Of a DNA stretch of 22,686 nucleotides, positions 1-8,667 are shown piece by piece. The notes beneath the pieces were generated by a model, which was not told where the DNA came from, did not search any database, and worked only from the letters and a program-made list of their open reading frames with translations. Numbering within the stretch: the stretch's first letter is position 1; each line of letters opens with the position of its first letter. The translations under genes and the position numbers were made by a program. This DNA comes from Pseudobacteriovorax sp. (GTDB lineage: Bacteria > Bdellovibrionota_B > Oligoflexia > Oligoflexales > Oligoflexaceae): positions 1 to 22,686 of the forward strand of contig JBNKNM010000079.1 in NCBI GenBank assembly GCA_050293845.1, given 5' to 3'.

Positions 1-29
1 TATGATTTCTTTATGTGTCTTACTATTCA

Positions 30-42
30 GTTTTCAAAGAAC
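30..42 (-). promoter_or_regulatory. rrn antitermination boxA
   Basis: Minus strand GTTCTTTGAAAAC, the boxA form typical of rRNA leaders, preceded by a small hairpin CTTGT-CCG-ACAAG (54-42). No rRNA sequence itself is in the window. Confidence 0.7.
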
Positions 43-80
43 TTGTCGGACAAGCATTCTTTCTCGCCCGGTGAAGAAAG

Positions 81-109
81 TGTATAAGTGCTGGAGAAAA
101 TTTAGTCAA
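81..109 (-). promoter_or_regulatory. Sigma70-type promoter, probably of an rRNA operon lying left of the window
   Basis: Minus strand reads TTGACT (109-104), 17 nt spacer, TATACA (86-81). A very AT-rich UP-like tract lies upstream (about 110-200) and a boxA lies downstream. Confidence 0.65.
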
Positions 110-396
110 ATCTTTTCGTCTAATTAATTTAGATTTTTTTATAAGAGTAATTACCCAAGCATTTTATTAATAAATACAGTTATTTATACTTAAGTCTTTT
201 TAACACTCTCAGCCATGCACTAATTGCTTAATAAATTCATTTAGGTCATAGAGTATAACTATAGAAGTATGAACCTATCTTTTTGCTTTGCCTGGATTTA
301 TAGGTAGAGAAATGACATAAGATAGCGCTATCTATAATTAAGGCCTAAACAGCGGCTACCATGTTCAATACTTAAATGGATTCCACTAGGTGAGCT

Positions 397-2073
397 ATGT
401 CTGACAAAACAGTTATCTATTCTATGGTCGATGTTTCTAAGACCTTCGGGCAAAAGACGGTTCTTAAAAACATTTACCTTTCCTACTTTTACGGTGCAAA
501 AATTGGCGTTCTTGGTCATAACGGCTCTGGTAAGAGTACTTTACTTAAAATCCTGGCTGGCGTTGACCAGGAATTTTCGGGAGAAACTGTCTTATCCGAG
601 GGATATACGGTTGGTTATCTTCCTCAGGAACCTCTTTTAGAAAGTGGGAAAACGGTAAAAGAAATCGTTCAGGAAGGCGTTCAAGAGGTGGTCGACCTGC
701 AAAAAGAGTTTGAAGAGATCAACCTCAAGTTTGCAGAAGAAATGACTTCTGAGGAGATGGATACCCTGATTGCCAGACAGGCTAAGGTGCAGGACCTTCT
801 TGACCGTCATGATGCATGGACCTTAGATGACCGTCTCAATTTTGCCTTAGACGCTCTACGCTGTCCCCCTGCCGAGCAAAAGGTCGATCATTTGTCCGGA
901 GGAGAGCGCCGTCGGGTGGCTCTCTGCCGACTACTTTTACAAAAGCCAGATATCTTGCTCCTCGACGAACCGACCAACCATTTGGATGCCGAGTCAGTGC
1001 ACTGGTTGGAAAAGCACCTGCAAGAATACAAAGGAACTATTATTGCTGTCACCCATGACAGGTACTTCCTTGATAACGTTGCCGGGTGGATTTTAGAGCT
1101 GGATCGTGGTCAAGGTATCCCCTGGAAGGGAAACTATTCCTCCTGGCTTGATCAAAAGCAAAAACGCTTGGCCAACGAAAGTAAGGCCGAAGATAAGCGC
1201 CAGAAGACATTGAAGCAAGAGCTGGAATGGATTCGCATGGCACCAAAAGCAAGGCATGCCAAAAACAAAGCTCGTATCACTGCCTACGATAAACTTTTAT
1301 CTTCCGATAATGAAGAGCAGCAGAAAGACTTACAACTCTATATCCCTGCAGGAAAAAGGCTAGGAGACATTGTGATCGAGGCTGAGGGGGTCTCCAAGAC
1401 TTTTGGTGACAAACTACTCTACAAGGACCTTAGTTTTCAACTGCCAGCAGGCGGCATCGTGGGTGTGGTTGGTGCCAATGGTACTGGTAAGACAACATTA
1501 TTTAGAATGATCACAGGTTCGGAGCAGCCCGATACGGGATCTTTTAGAATAGGTGCCACCGCTGAGGTGGGTTATATGGAACAGTCCCGCCTATCCCTGG
1601 ACCCCAATAAAACTATCTATGAAGTGATTTCTGGCAACCAGGATGTCATTCAGCTTGGCAAGATGGAAGTCAATGCCCGCGCTTATGTCGGGAAATTTAA
1701 TTTTAACGGTCAAGATCAACAAAAAAAGGTCGGTAAAATATCCGGTGGTGAACGAAATCGCGTCCAACTAGCACTGTTATGTAAGTCTGGGGCCAATGTC
1801 CTCCTCATGGACGAACCGACCAATGACCTTGATGTTGCGACATTGCGCTCCCTAGAAGATGCTCTGCTCGCCTTCGCTGGCTGCGCTGTCGTCATTAGTC
1901 ATGACAGGTGGTTTTTGGATCGCATCGCCACACATATTTTGGCTTTTGAAGGTAATAGCGAAGTCTACTGGTTTGAAGGCAACTACTCTGAATATGAAGA
2001 GGATCGCAAGCGGCGTCTAGGGGTTGATACCTTGATTCCTAAGCGCGTCCGTTATGCCAAGCTTGAACGATAA
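397..2073 (+). CDS. ettA: Energy-dependent translational throttle protein (ABC-F ATPase)
   Basis: Two ABC domains (GHNGSGKST, LSGGE, LLLDEPTN; GANGTGKTT, ISGGE, DEPTND) and no TM segments. N-terminal 'LKNIYLSYFYGAKIGVLG' and linker 'ELEWIRMAPKARHAKNKARI' are characteristic of EttA. Confidence 0.95.
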   Translation: MSDKTVIYSMVDVSKTFGQKTVLKNIYLSYFYGAKIGVLGHNGSGKSTLLKILAGVDQEFSGETVLSEGYTVGYLPQEPLLESGKTVKEIVQEGVQEVVDLQKEFEEINLKFAEEMTSEEMDTLIARQAKVQDLLDRHDAWTLDDRLNFALDALRCPPAEQKVDHLSGGERRRVALCRLLLQKPDILLLDEPTNHLDAESVHWLEKHLQEYKGTIIAVTHDRYFLDNVAGWILELDRGQGIPWKGNYSSWLDQKQKRLANESKAEDKRQKTLKQELEWIRMAPKARHAKNKARITAYDKLLSSDNEEQQKDLQLYIPAGKRLGDIVIEAEGVSKTFGDKLLYKDLSFQLPAGGIVGVVGANGTGKTTLFRMITGSEQPDTGSFRIGATAEVGYMEQSRLSLDPNKTIYEVISGNQDVIQLGKMEVNARAYVGKFNFNGQDQQKKVGKISGGERNRVQLALLCKSGANVLLMDEPTNDLDVATLRSLEDALLAFAGCAVVISHDRWFLDRIATHILAFEGNSEVYWFEGNYSEYEEDRKRRLGVDTLIPKRVRYAKLER

Positions 2074-2089
2074 GAAAAGAAGGAAAACT

Positions 2090-3610
2090 ATGTCTAATCA
2101 TCGGCAATATGCGATTTCACCGACAAGAGAAGAAGATTACCCTGAATGGTATCAACAGGTCATAAAAGCCGCAGACCTTTCGGAAAACTCGGCTGTCCGG
2201 GGATGTATGGTGATCAAACCCTGGGGATATGCCATTTGGGAGAATATGCAGGCCATTCTTGATAAGAAGTTCAAGGATACCGGTCACAGCAATGCTTACT
2301 TTCCTCTATTTATCCCCCTAAGTTACATGGAAAAAGAAGCTGAACATGTTGATGGGTTTGCGAAAGAATGTGCCGTGGTCACCCATCACCGGCTTGAAGC
2401 CGATGGCAAAGGCGGCCTAAAACCCGCAGGAGAACTAGAGGAACCACTGGTTGTAAGGCCAACAAGTGAAATGATCATAGGAGCGACCTACGCGAAGTGG
2501 GTCCAGTCTTATCGGGATCTTCCGATTTTAGTCAATCAATGGGCGAATGTAGTACGCTGGGAGATGCGTACGAGACAGTTTCTCAGAACCACAGAGTTCC
2601 TATGGCAAGAGGGTCACACAGCCCACGCCACAAAGGAAGAGGCTGTCGCTGAAACGATGCAAATGCTTGATGTCTACGCGGACTTCGCTGAAACCTATAT
2701 GGCCATGCCGGTAATCAAAGGGGAAAAAGCTCCCCACGAAAGATTCCCTGGCGCATTAGACACCTATACCATCGAAGCTATGATGCAGGATAAGAAAGCC
2801 TTGCAATCGGGTACATCACATTTTTTAGGGCAAAACTTTGCTAAAGCTATGGATATCAGGTTCCAAGATGAAAAAGGTGAAGACAGCTTAGCCTGGACCA
2901 CTTCTTGGGGCGTCTCCACAAGATTGGTCGGTGGCCTTATTATGTGCCATAGCGACGATGACGGTCTCATTCTACCCCCTCGCTTAGCGCCTAAGCACGT
3001 GGTTATTATGCCCATTTATCGAAAAGAAGCCGAAAAATCCAAGGTACTCGAGTACTGCGAGTCATTGAAAAGGCAGCTGTCAGAGCTGCAGTATCACGAA
3101 AATAAAGTCCAGGTGCTGATAGATGATCGTGACATTCGTGGCGGTGAAAAGGCATGGAACTATATCAAGCAAGGTGTTCCCCTGCGTCTTGAAATTGGCC
3201 CCCGAGATATTGAAAAAGATAGCGTGTTTATGGGACGGAGAGACCGCAAGCCTAAGGACAAGGAGAGCATCAACCGCACTGAATTTGTCAACAGCGTAGC
3301 CAGTATTCTCGACGACATCCAGCATGGATTATTCCAACGAGCACTGGAATATCGAGAAGCAAACACTCACGAAATTAATTCCCTAGATGATTTGCGGGAC
3401 TTTTTTACGCCGAAAAATTCGGCAAAGCCGGAAATTCACGGAGGATTTGCCCGCGTGCACTGGGTCGATGACCCTAGTGTTGAAGCAGAGCTCAAAAGCT
3501 TAAAGGCTACCCATCGCTGTATTCCCCTTGATGGAGCCGAAGAAGCGGGAACTTGTATATTTACGGGAAAGCCCAGCCGCAAGCGGGTTATTATAGCAAA
3601 ATCATACTAA
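2090..3610 (+). CDS. proS: Proline--tRNA ligase, archaeal/eukaryote-like type
   Basis: Motifs 'EWYQQVI', 'VRPTSE', 'QWANVVRWE', 'EFLWQEGHTAH', 'TSWGVSTR' and C-terminal 'AKSY'; no insertion editing domain. Start moved to ATG 2090, which has AAGGA at 2080-2084. Confidence 0.95.
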   Translation: MSNHRQYAISPTREEDYPEWYQQVIKAADLSENSAVRGCMVIKPWGYAIWENMQAILDKKFKDTGHSNAYFPLFIPLSYMEKEAEHVDGFAKECAVVTHHRLEADGKGGLKPAGELEEPLVVRPTSEMIIGATYAKWVQSYRDLPILVNQWANVVRWEMRTRQFLRTTEFLWQEGHTAHATKEEAVAETMQMLDVYADFAETYMAMPVIKGEKAPHERFPGALDTYTIEAMMQDKKALQSGTSHFLGQNFAKAMDIRFQDEKGEDSLAWTTSWGVSTRLVGGLIMCHSDDDGLILPPRLAPKHVVIMPIYRKEAEKSKVLEYCESLKRQLSELQYHENKVQVLIDDRDIRGGEKAWNYIKQGVPLRLEIGPRDIEKDSVFMGRRDRKPKDKESINRTEFVNSVASILDDIQHGLFQRALEYREANTHEINSLDDLRDFFTPKNSAKPEIHGGFARVHWVDDPSVEAELKSLKATHRCIPLDGAEEAGTCIFTGKPSRKRVIIAKSY

Positions 3611-3623
3611 ATCAGACCTAGGA

Positions 3624-3677
3624 TTTGCAGCTGACAGTACGTTGGCTGCAAAGCAAAAGGGAGTCGCTGTGCGACCC
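3624..3677. terminator. Two hairpins between convergent proS and SGNH genes
   Basis: TTTGCAGCTGAC/GTTGGCTGCAAA (3624-3652, with G-U pairs). On the minus strand GGGTCGC-ACA-GCGACTC (3677-3661) is followed by CCTTTT. Confidence 0.55.
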
Positions 3678-3715
3678 TATTATATTATGTCACGAGCGTG
3701 AAACTGGATTGTCCA

Positions 3716-4822
3716 TCATTCCAGTTCTTTGTATATCGCGTCCGCAATTTTGTGCTGCCCGTAAAGACTAAGATGGAAGCAATCGTTCGCGATATCATCC
3801 GCTTCAAATAATAACTTGCTAGTAGAGGATATATGCTTAAACCTGACTTCAGTTCCTATTTGATCTGTTAAGCGCTTCCCCAGTTCTTGAAGATTCTTAC
3901 GATACCCCACAATTCTTTTGGAAAGCTCGAGCTTTGCTTCTGTATCGCCTTTGGCAATGGAAAATAAACTCGTGCAGTAGCGCCCCGGGGAGTGGCCGAT
4001 GAAATTATAAAAGAGCAGATAGCTCAATAACTTCTCAGGGCTGGTGTCAGATTCTAGGTTTGGCTCTGGGGGAATCGTGAATTGCTCCGCTTGCAATTGC
4101 TGGCAGCTAATCGTTTTACTATAAAAAGGGATCGTTTTATTTTTAATGGATTGGCTGCTGAATAATTGCAAGCTACCTAGAGGGTCGATCAGATAGATGT
4201 CAGTTCCCGTGGATGGTGGAATGCCGTTACGCAGTAAATATCGTACCCCTGCTTCGATATTCTCACCATAAGCCTGAGATGAAGTAACCCACTCAAGGGA
4301 CGGTCCGCAAAGGTCGTTGCCAGTAAAAAAAATAAATATCTTATCAGGTAATTGACTGGCTGTAGCATCCAGCAATCGATCCACTTGACGCAAAAGATGA
4401 CTCGACCTCTCGCCATCCTTGGCTGCTATCAAAATATTATCGCCATTATAACCGAGGCGCTTGGCAAGAAGGTAGGACCACGAAAATTCTTCTGCATCCA
4501 AGTAATCTACACTAAGGCGGTGCAACAGCGCATCCTTGGACCAGTAGAAAGCATTTATAAATTCCCGACGCGACAAGGGTAAACGCTGAGGTTTATCCTC
4601 ACCAGAATGCTGATAACCCAATTCTGCGACTATTTTTCGATAGTCATCGTCGGACGCAATTTTAACAGCACCTGTAAAGATCTTATAAAACCGTTCCGCT
4701 TCAAGGGCTAAATAGGGATGTGCGGCTCCCCCCGTTGTTATACTATCTCCCAAAAAAGCTATCGATTTTGCCAGGGAAAATGAAGAGGTCATCAATAGGA
4801 ATGCTGCTAAAAGAAAATTCAT
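3716..4822 (-). CDS. Secreted SGNH/GDSL-family hydrolase
   Basis: Signal peptide-like N-terminus; block I 'FLGDSIT', block III 'FTGNDLC', block V 'DCFH'. Confidence 0.85.
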   Translation of the reverse strand: MNFLLAAFLLMTSSFSLAKSIAFLGDSITTGGAAHPYLALEAERFYKIFTGAVKIASDDDYRKIVAELGYQHSGEDKPQRLPLSRREFINAFYWSKDALLHRLSVDYLDAEEFSWSYLLAKRLGYNGDNILIAAKDGERSSHLLRQVDRLLDATASQLPDKIFIFFTGNDLCGPSLEWVTSSQAYGENIEAGVRYLLRNGIPPSTGTDIYLIDPLGSLQLFSSQSIKNKTIPFYSKTISCQQLQAEQFTIPPEPNLESDTSPEKLLSYLLFYNFIGHSPGRYCTSLFSIAKGDTEAKLELSKRIVGYRKNLQELGKRLTDQIGTEVRFKHISSTSKLLFEADDIANDCFHLSLYGQHKIADAIYKELE

Positions 4823-4946
4823 AGTTGCTCTGCTGCTACTAAGCTACAATGCTTATTGTTATGGCCAAATGATCATAAGACAAACTCTCCTGCCGGAAAG
4901 TTATTGTCTCTTAAAGATTTAATAGCCAATGCAGCCTCGAATAGCA

Positions 4947-5759
4947 CTATGTATTTGTAGCTGACTCCTGGCAAACCGGGAAAAGAGACACAGAAAGTGC
5001 ATAAAGAGCATCTTTTTTAGGCGAATCATCGGCCCGTCCCACGAAAAATTCTAACGATTCCTTAAGGTGCCGCAGAAGATACTCCATCTTCGACGCGTCG
5101 AGTGCCACAAGGTAATCGTGAACATGTTGCTTATCAGGTGTGAAGCGCTTTTTCAGGCTCAGATCTAGCAATTGCGAATGGAACTTTAGCAAGTCGATGT
5201 CTTCCAGATTTCCTGATACACCATTTTGATGGGAAGAGCGCAGCATCTTTCCATCCACCTGGTGCAATAAGCCAAGTTCACGCAATACAAACAAGGCATC
5301 TTCAGCTTGGCCTGGCTCGATCCGTAACAACCTAGCCAAGTTTGAAGGGGTGAGTTCAAAATCATCAAGTTTTGTCAGCTCTAGAGTTGCCAGGTAGTAC
5401 CATTTAGACAGAAGCTTCTTGATGGAATCCAATCGCCCGGCAAAGGTCCGGCTATGACGGTAGCGCTCCAGGCGAGCCAAAGCCGACTCGCGGGCTAAAC
5501 GGGAACGTCCGTGCTGGCTCTCCACAAGGTCGCCAAAGAAATCGACTTGATCTTCATCAAACCTAAGGGCACGTCCGATATCCATAGCCACTTTAACTGA
5601 GATACCTTGCTTACCATTGAGAATCTCAGACAAGCGACTAGGGGTTAAGGAAATATCCCGCGCAAATGCTCCCTGGGAATAATTTGGATTTTGCTGAACT
5701 CTGCGTACTAGCTCCTCACGTAAAATATCACGATAGTCTGTGTAACGAAAAATATCCAT
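4947..5759 (-). CDS. TIGR02147-like protein (N-terminal XRE-like HTH plus DUF4423-like C-terminus)
   Basis: 'IFRYTDYRDIL...NPNYSQGAFARDISLTPSRLSEILNGKQGIS', 'WYYLATLEL' and C-terminal 'LYALSVSLFP' match my recollection of this family, which is expanded in Bdellovibrionota and Fibrobacterota. Confidence 0.8.
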   Translation of the reverse strand: MDIFRYTDYRDILREELVRRVQQNPNYSQGAFARDISLTPSRLSEILNGKQGISVKVAMDIGRALRFDEDQVDFFGDLVESQHGRSRLARESALARLERYRHSRTFAGRLDSIKKLLSKWYYLATLELTKLDDFELTPSNLARLLRIEPGQAEDALFVLRELGLLHQVDGKMLRSSHQNGVSGNLEDIDLLKFHSQLLDLSLKKRFTPDKQHVHDYLVALDASKMEYLLRHLKESLEFFVGRADDSPKKDALYALSVSLFPVCQESATNT

Positions 5760-6134
5760 AGCTCACCCATTCAAAGAAAAACTTTGAGACCATTTGTGAA
5801 CGCAGTTTTCATACTACTTGGTTGCGGAACCACGACTTTTAAGCGCATTGTTCGCTTTTATTTGCCTTACACTAAGCTAGAGTTGGCCAGTAAGTCAAGA
5901 ACTTGTGAGAAGTATAAGTTCACGATGAGCACCCTGAAGTTTATTGAAGCTTCTACAGGAACCTACTGAAATATATGATAAAAGTATAAGCTCCTCCAGA
6001 CTCAAAGAACTCTACAGAATAATTTGTGAGCAGAAAAAGTTGACCTCATGGCCAGTTTTGGATTCAATAGGGAAAAATTATCTGGACATAAGCTCAAAGC
6101 ATCCCGTCAGATAGAACACACCGGGGAGGTTATT

Positions 6135-6407
6135 ATGGAAACGCAAAATGAGAAGTATAAGAAGCTAAGAATGCTCGACATTGATGACTTAATACTTCTA
6201 CAGCACTTGCTAAATGGAGGACGTCCTTCAACAGGGGCTCAGGTTCTTGGGTTGACCCCACCTGCCGTTAGCCACAGACTAAGGAAAATTGAAGATGTCT
6301 TTCAAATCAAACTTTTCGATCGAGTAGGATCACGCCTCAATCTAAATCAAGCCGGCAGAGCTCTTTCGGAAAAAGCGGATCGCGCCCTTCTCCTAATGAG
6401 CAACTAA
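6135..6407 (+). CDS. Stand-alone LysR-type helix-turn-helix protein (90 aa, no effector domain)
   Basis: 'GAQVLGLTPPAVSHRLRKIEDVFQIKLFDRVGSRLNLNQAG' is a LysR HTH_1 pattern. GGAGGT at 6125-6130 supports ATG 6135. Possible promoter TTGACC-17-TTCAAT at 6040-6068. Confidence 0.8.
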   Translation: METQNEKYKKLRMLDIDDLILLQHLLNGGRPSTGAQVLGLTPPAVSHRLRKIEDVFQIKLFDRVGSRLNLNQAGRALSEKADRALLLMSN

Positions 6408-6670
6408 TATTTAATTGTAAAGTCCGTGGCTTCGACCACAACAGAGTCCTTCTGATCTATCGACGAGATATTGCGCGCCATTTTTTTCCGAATTCCTTCA
6501 AGCAGGCGTCCAATATCTTCTTCGCTTCCTTTCACCTGCAGCTCTACCCTGCCGTCTTTAAGATTTCTAACAAAACCCACAACCTGTATATGATCCGCCA
6601 ACTGCTTCACAGTATATCTAAACCCTACACCCTGAACAAAACCAGAAAAATAAAAAATTCGTGAAATCAT
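6404..6670 (-). CDS. acyP: Acylphosphatase
   Basis: Signature 'GFVQGVGFR' and 'GFVRNLKDGRVE'; 88 aa. Confidence 0.92.
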   Translation of the reverse strand: MISRIFYFSGFVQGVGFRYTVKQLADHIQVVGFVRNLKDGRVELQVKGSEEDIGRLLEGIRKKMARNISSIDQKDSVVVEATDFTIKY

Positions 6671-6781
6671 CGTGACCTCATTTTTGCAATGTTATCCCGT
6701 GATCTGTCATGCTAAACCATTGACCACAATAGGCAAATGGTAGAGTCTAAATCTAGCAATGTCAAAAGGGGTGTATCCATC

Positions 6782-8344
6782 ATGAACGATCGAAAAATTC
6801 CTAATCCCGAACAAGTCCAAAAGGAGTTTGAGGACTTCGTTAAGCAGCGTTTTGGCGGAGCTGCCCAAGTGTTCTCCAAACATAGCAACTCCTCTCCCGA
6901 GGAAACATCGCATCAATATGACACTAAGGAAGTTCCGGACGAATTCCCATTTTCCTATACCCCTAAAGACATCAAAGAATATCTCGACCAATTTGTGATC
7001 AAACAAGATGAGGCCAAAAAAGCTCTTGCCATCGCTATTTGCGACCACTACTACCATGCTCAAAAGCTGCAGCAAAGCAGCAGCGCAGATTACGAGTACA
7101 ACAAGCAAAATGTTTTAATTTTGGGCCCAACAGGCGTTGGCAAGACCTACCTCATTAAGAAGGTAGCTGAGCTACTGGGGGTCCCCTTTGTAAAAGCCGA
7201 CGCTACCCGGTTTAGCGAAACAGGTTATGTGGGCAGCAACGTAGATGACCTCATCAGGGACTTGGTTAACCGAGCTGAAGGTGATATCAAAAAAGCTCAA
7301 TATGGCATTGTCTACCTCGACGAGGCCGATAAATTAGCTGGCAAGCAAACCAACGGCCGGGACGTCAATGGTAGAGGGGTGCAGTTTGGTTTACTACGGC
7401 TCATGGAAGAGTGCGAAGTGGACTTAAAGTCAGGCAATGACATACACTCTCAAATCCAAGCGTTCATGGAAATGCAGTCCGGCAAGACAAAATCTAAGGT
7501 TAATACCCGGTATATTCTGTTTATTGTTTCAGGTGCTTTTAGTGGACTGGAAAAAATCATCGAAAAGAGACTGCGCAAAAAGACGATGGGGTTTCATCGA
7601 GACAATGAAATCATCGATACTGCCGCAATCTTAGACCAAGCTTCCACAGAGGACTTTCTCGAATTTGGGTTTGAAGCCGAATTCATAGGTCGCCTTCCCA
7701 TAAGAGTCGCCTGCCAAAACCTGGAAGAAGAGGATCTCTACAAAGTCCTCACTGACTCTAAAGGGTCTATACTGCACCAGTTTCGCGCTTCTTTTGCCTC
7801 CTTTGGCATCAAGCTCGACTTCAGCGAAGAAGCACTGCACAGAATAGCTCACCTTGCCAAATTAGAGCAGACTGGGGCACGTTCTTTATTAACGGTTTGT
7901 GAGCGTATTCTGCGTCCGTTTAAATTCGAGCTTCCCGGCTCAGGGGTAGAGCATTTCACTGTAAGTTTAGCTGTGGTTATGAATCCCCAACAAGAGCTGC
8001 AGATTCTTTTGGACACCCTCCAAAAGAAGTCTGCCAGTCATGTCTCCGCCCGTGAAGAGCTAGAGTTTTTTACTAAAGATTTTTACGAGCAATATGGCAT
8101 TCAATTAAGTTTTTCGGACCAGCTCTTAAATAAAATTTTGGAGCACGTCGAAGAAACAGGGACTCCTCTTCTAAGCTTTGTGGAAAAAATGTTAGCCAGC
8201 TATGGCCACGGTTTGATGCTAATACAGAAAAATACAGGGCAGAGTATTTTTGCACTTACTGAAAAGGTCTATTATGACTCGAAAAAATATCTGGAAAACC
8301 TGATCATCGCCAGCTATAGCCAGGTCGAGTCAGAAAATACATAA
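6782..8344 (+). CDS. ClpX-like AAA+ ATPase, atypical (no zinc-binding domain, C-terminal extension)
   Basis: Walker A GPTGVGKT, pore loop GYVG, Walker B YLDEADK, 'RDVNGRGVQ', MGF (IGF-like) loop, 'EFIGRLP', 'TGARSL'. ATG 6782 follows a purine-rich AAAAGGGGTG. Confidence 0.85.
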   Translation: MNDRKIPNPEQVQKEFEDFVKQRFGGAAQVFSKHSNSSPEETSHQYDTKEVPDEFPFSYTPKDIKEYLDQFVIKQDEAKKALAIAICDHYYHAQKLQQSSSADYEYNKQNVLILGPTGVGKTYLIKKVAELLGVPFVKADATRFSETGYVGSNVDDLIRDLVNRAEGDIKKAQYGIVYLDEADKLAGKQTNGRDVNGRGVQFGLLRLMEECEVDLKSGNDIHSQIQAFMEMQSGKTKSKVNTRYILFIVSGAFSGLEKIIEKRLRKKTMGFHRDNEIIDTAAILDQASTEDFLEFGFEAEFIGRLPIRVACQNLEEEDLYKVLTDSKGSILHQFRASFASFGIKLDFSEEALHRIAHLAKLEQTGARSLLTVCERILRPFKFELPGSGVEHFTVSLAVVMNPQQELQILLDTLQKKSASHVSAREELEFFTKDFYEQYGIQLSFSDQLLNKILEHVEETGTPLLSFVEKMLASYGHGLMLIQKNTGQSIFALTEKVYYDSKKYLENLIIASYSQVESENT

Positions 8345-8667
8345 TAATATGCAAATAATGATTACAGATAGTTAGAAATCTAACCCTTAGGGTGATCTTT
8401 TCTAAGTCCACACTAACTACCGAATGATCATAAGTTTTTTTGAACAAGCTAAAATTATGAACCTACATAAGTGTAGTTAATTAAACTAAATAATCGATAC
8501 TTCCGAACTTTATATGTATATTAGTGGAGTCATAAGGGGCTCCCCTAGCAGACTAAGACGCTTACCTACATTATTGAGATCTTCTCACAATATTAGCTTT
8601 AAAGCAGGGTAGTGTGTTGGCGAGAATTCTGGGGAATCGGTAAAAACAACCATTGTTAGGAGTTCAC

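Noticed and set aside
5784..5969. 61-aa ORF in the intergenic region between the two regulators
   Set aside because: TTG start with no SD, no recognisable motif, and it overlaps a likely promoter.
268..8465. Identical 10-mer TATGAACCTA in two intergenic regions (268-277 and 8456-8465)
   Set aside because: Repeated 10-mers are expected by chance in 22 kb, especially in AT-rich DNA, and the flanks do not match.
8345..8667. 323-bp spacer before fadE with short palindromes such as AGGGG-CT-CCCCT
   Set aside because: The stems are short and I recognise no riboswitch, sRNA or operator; probably an ordinary promoter region.
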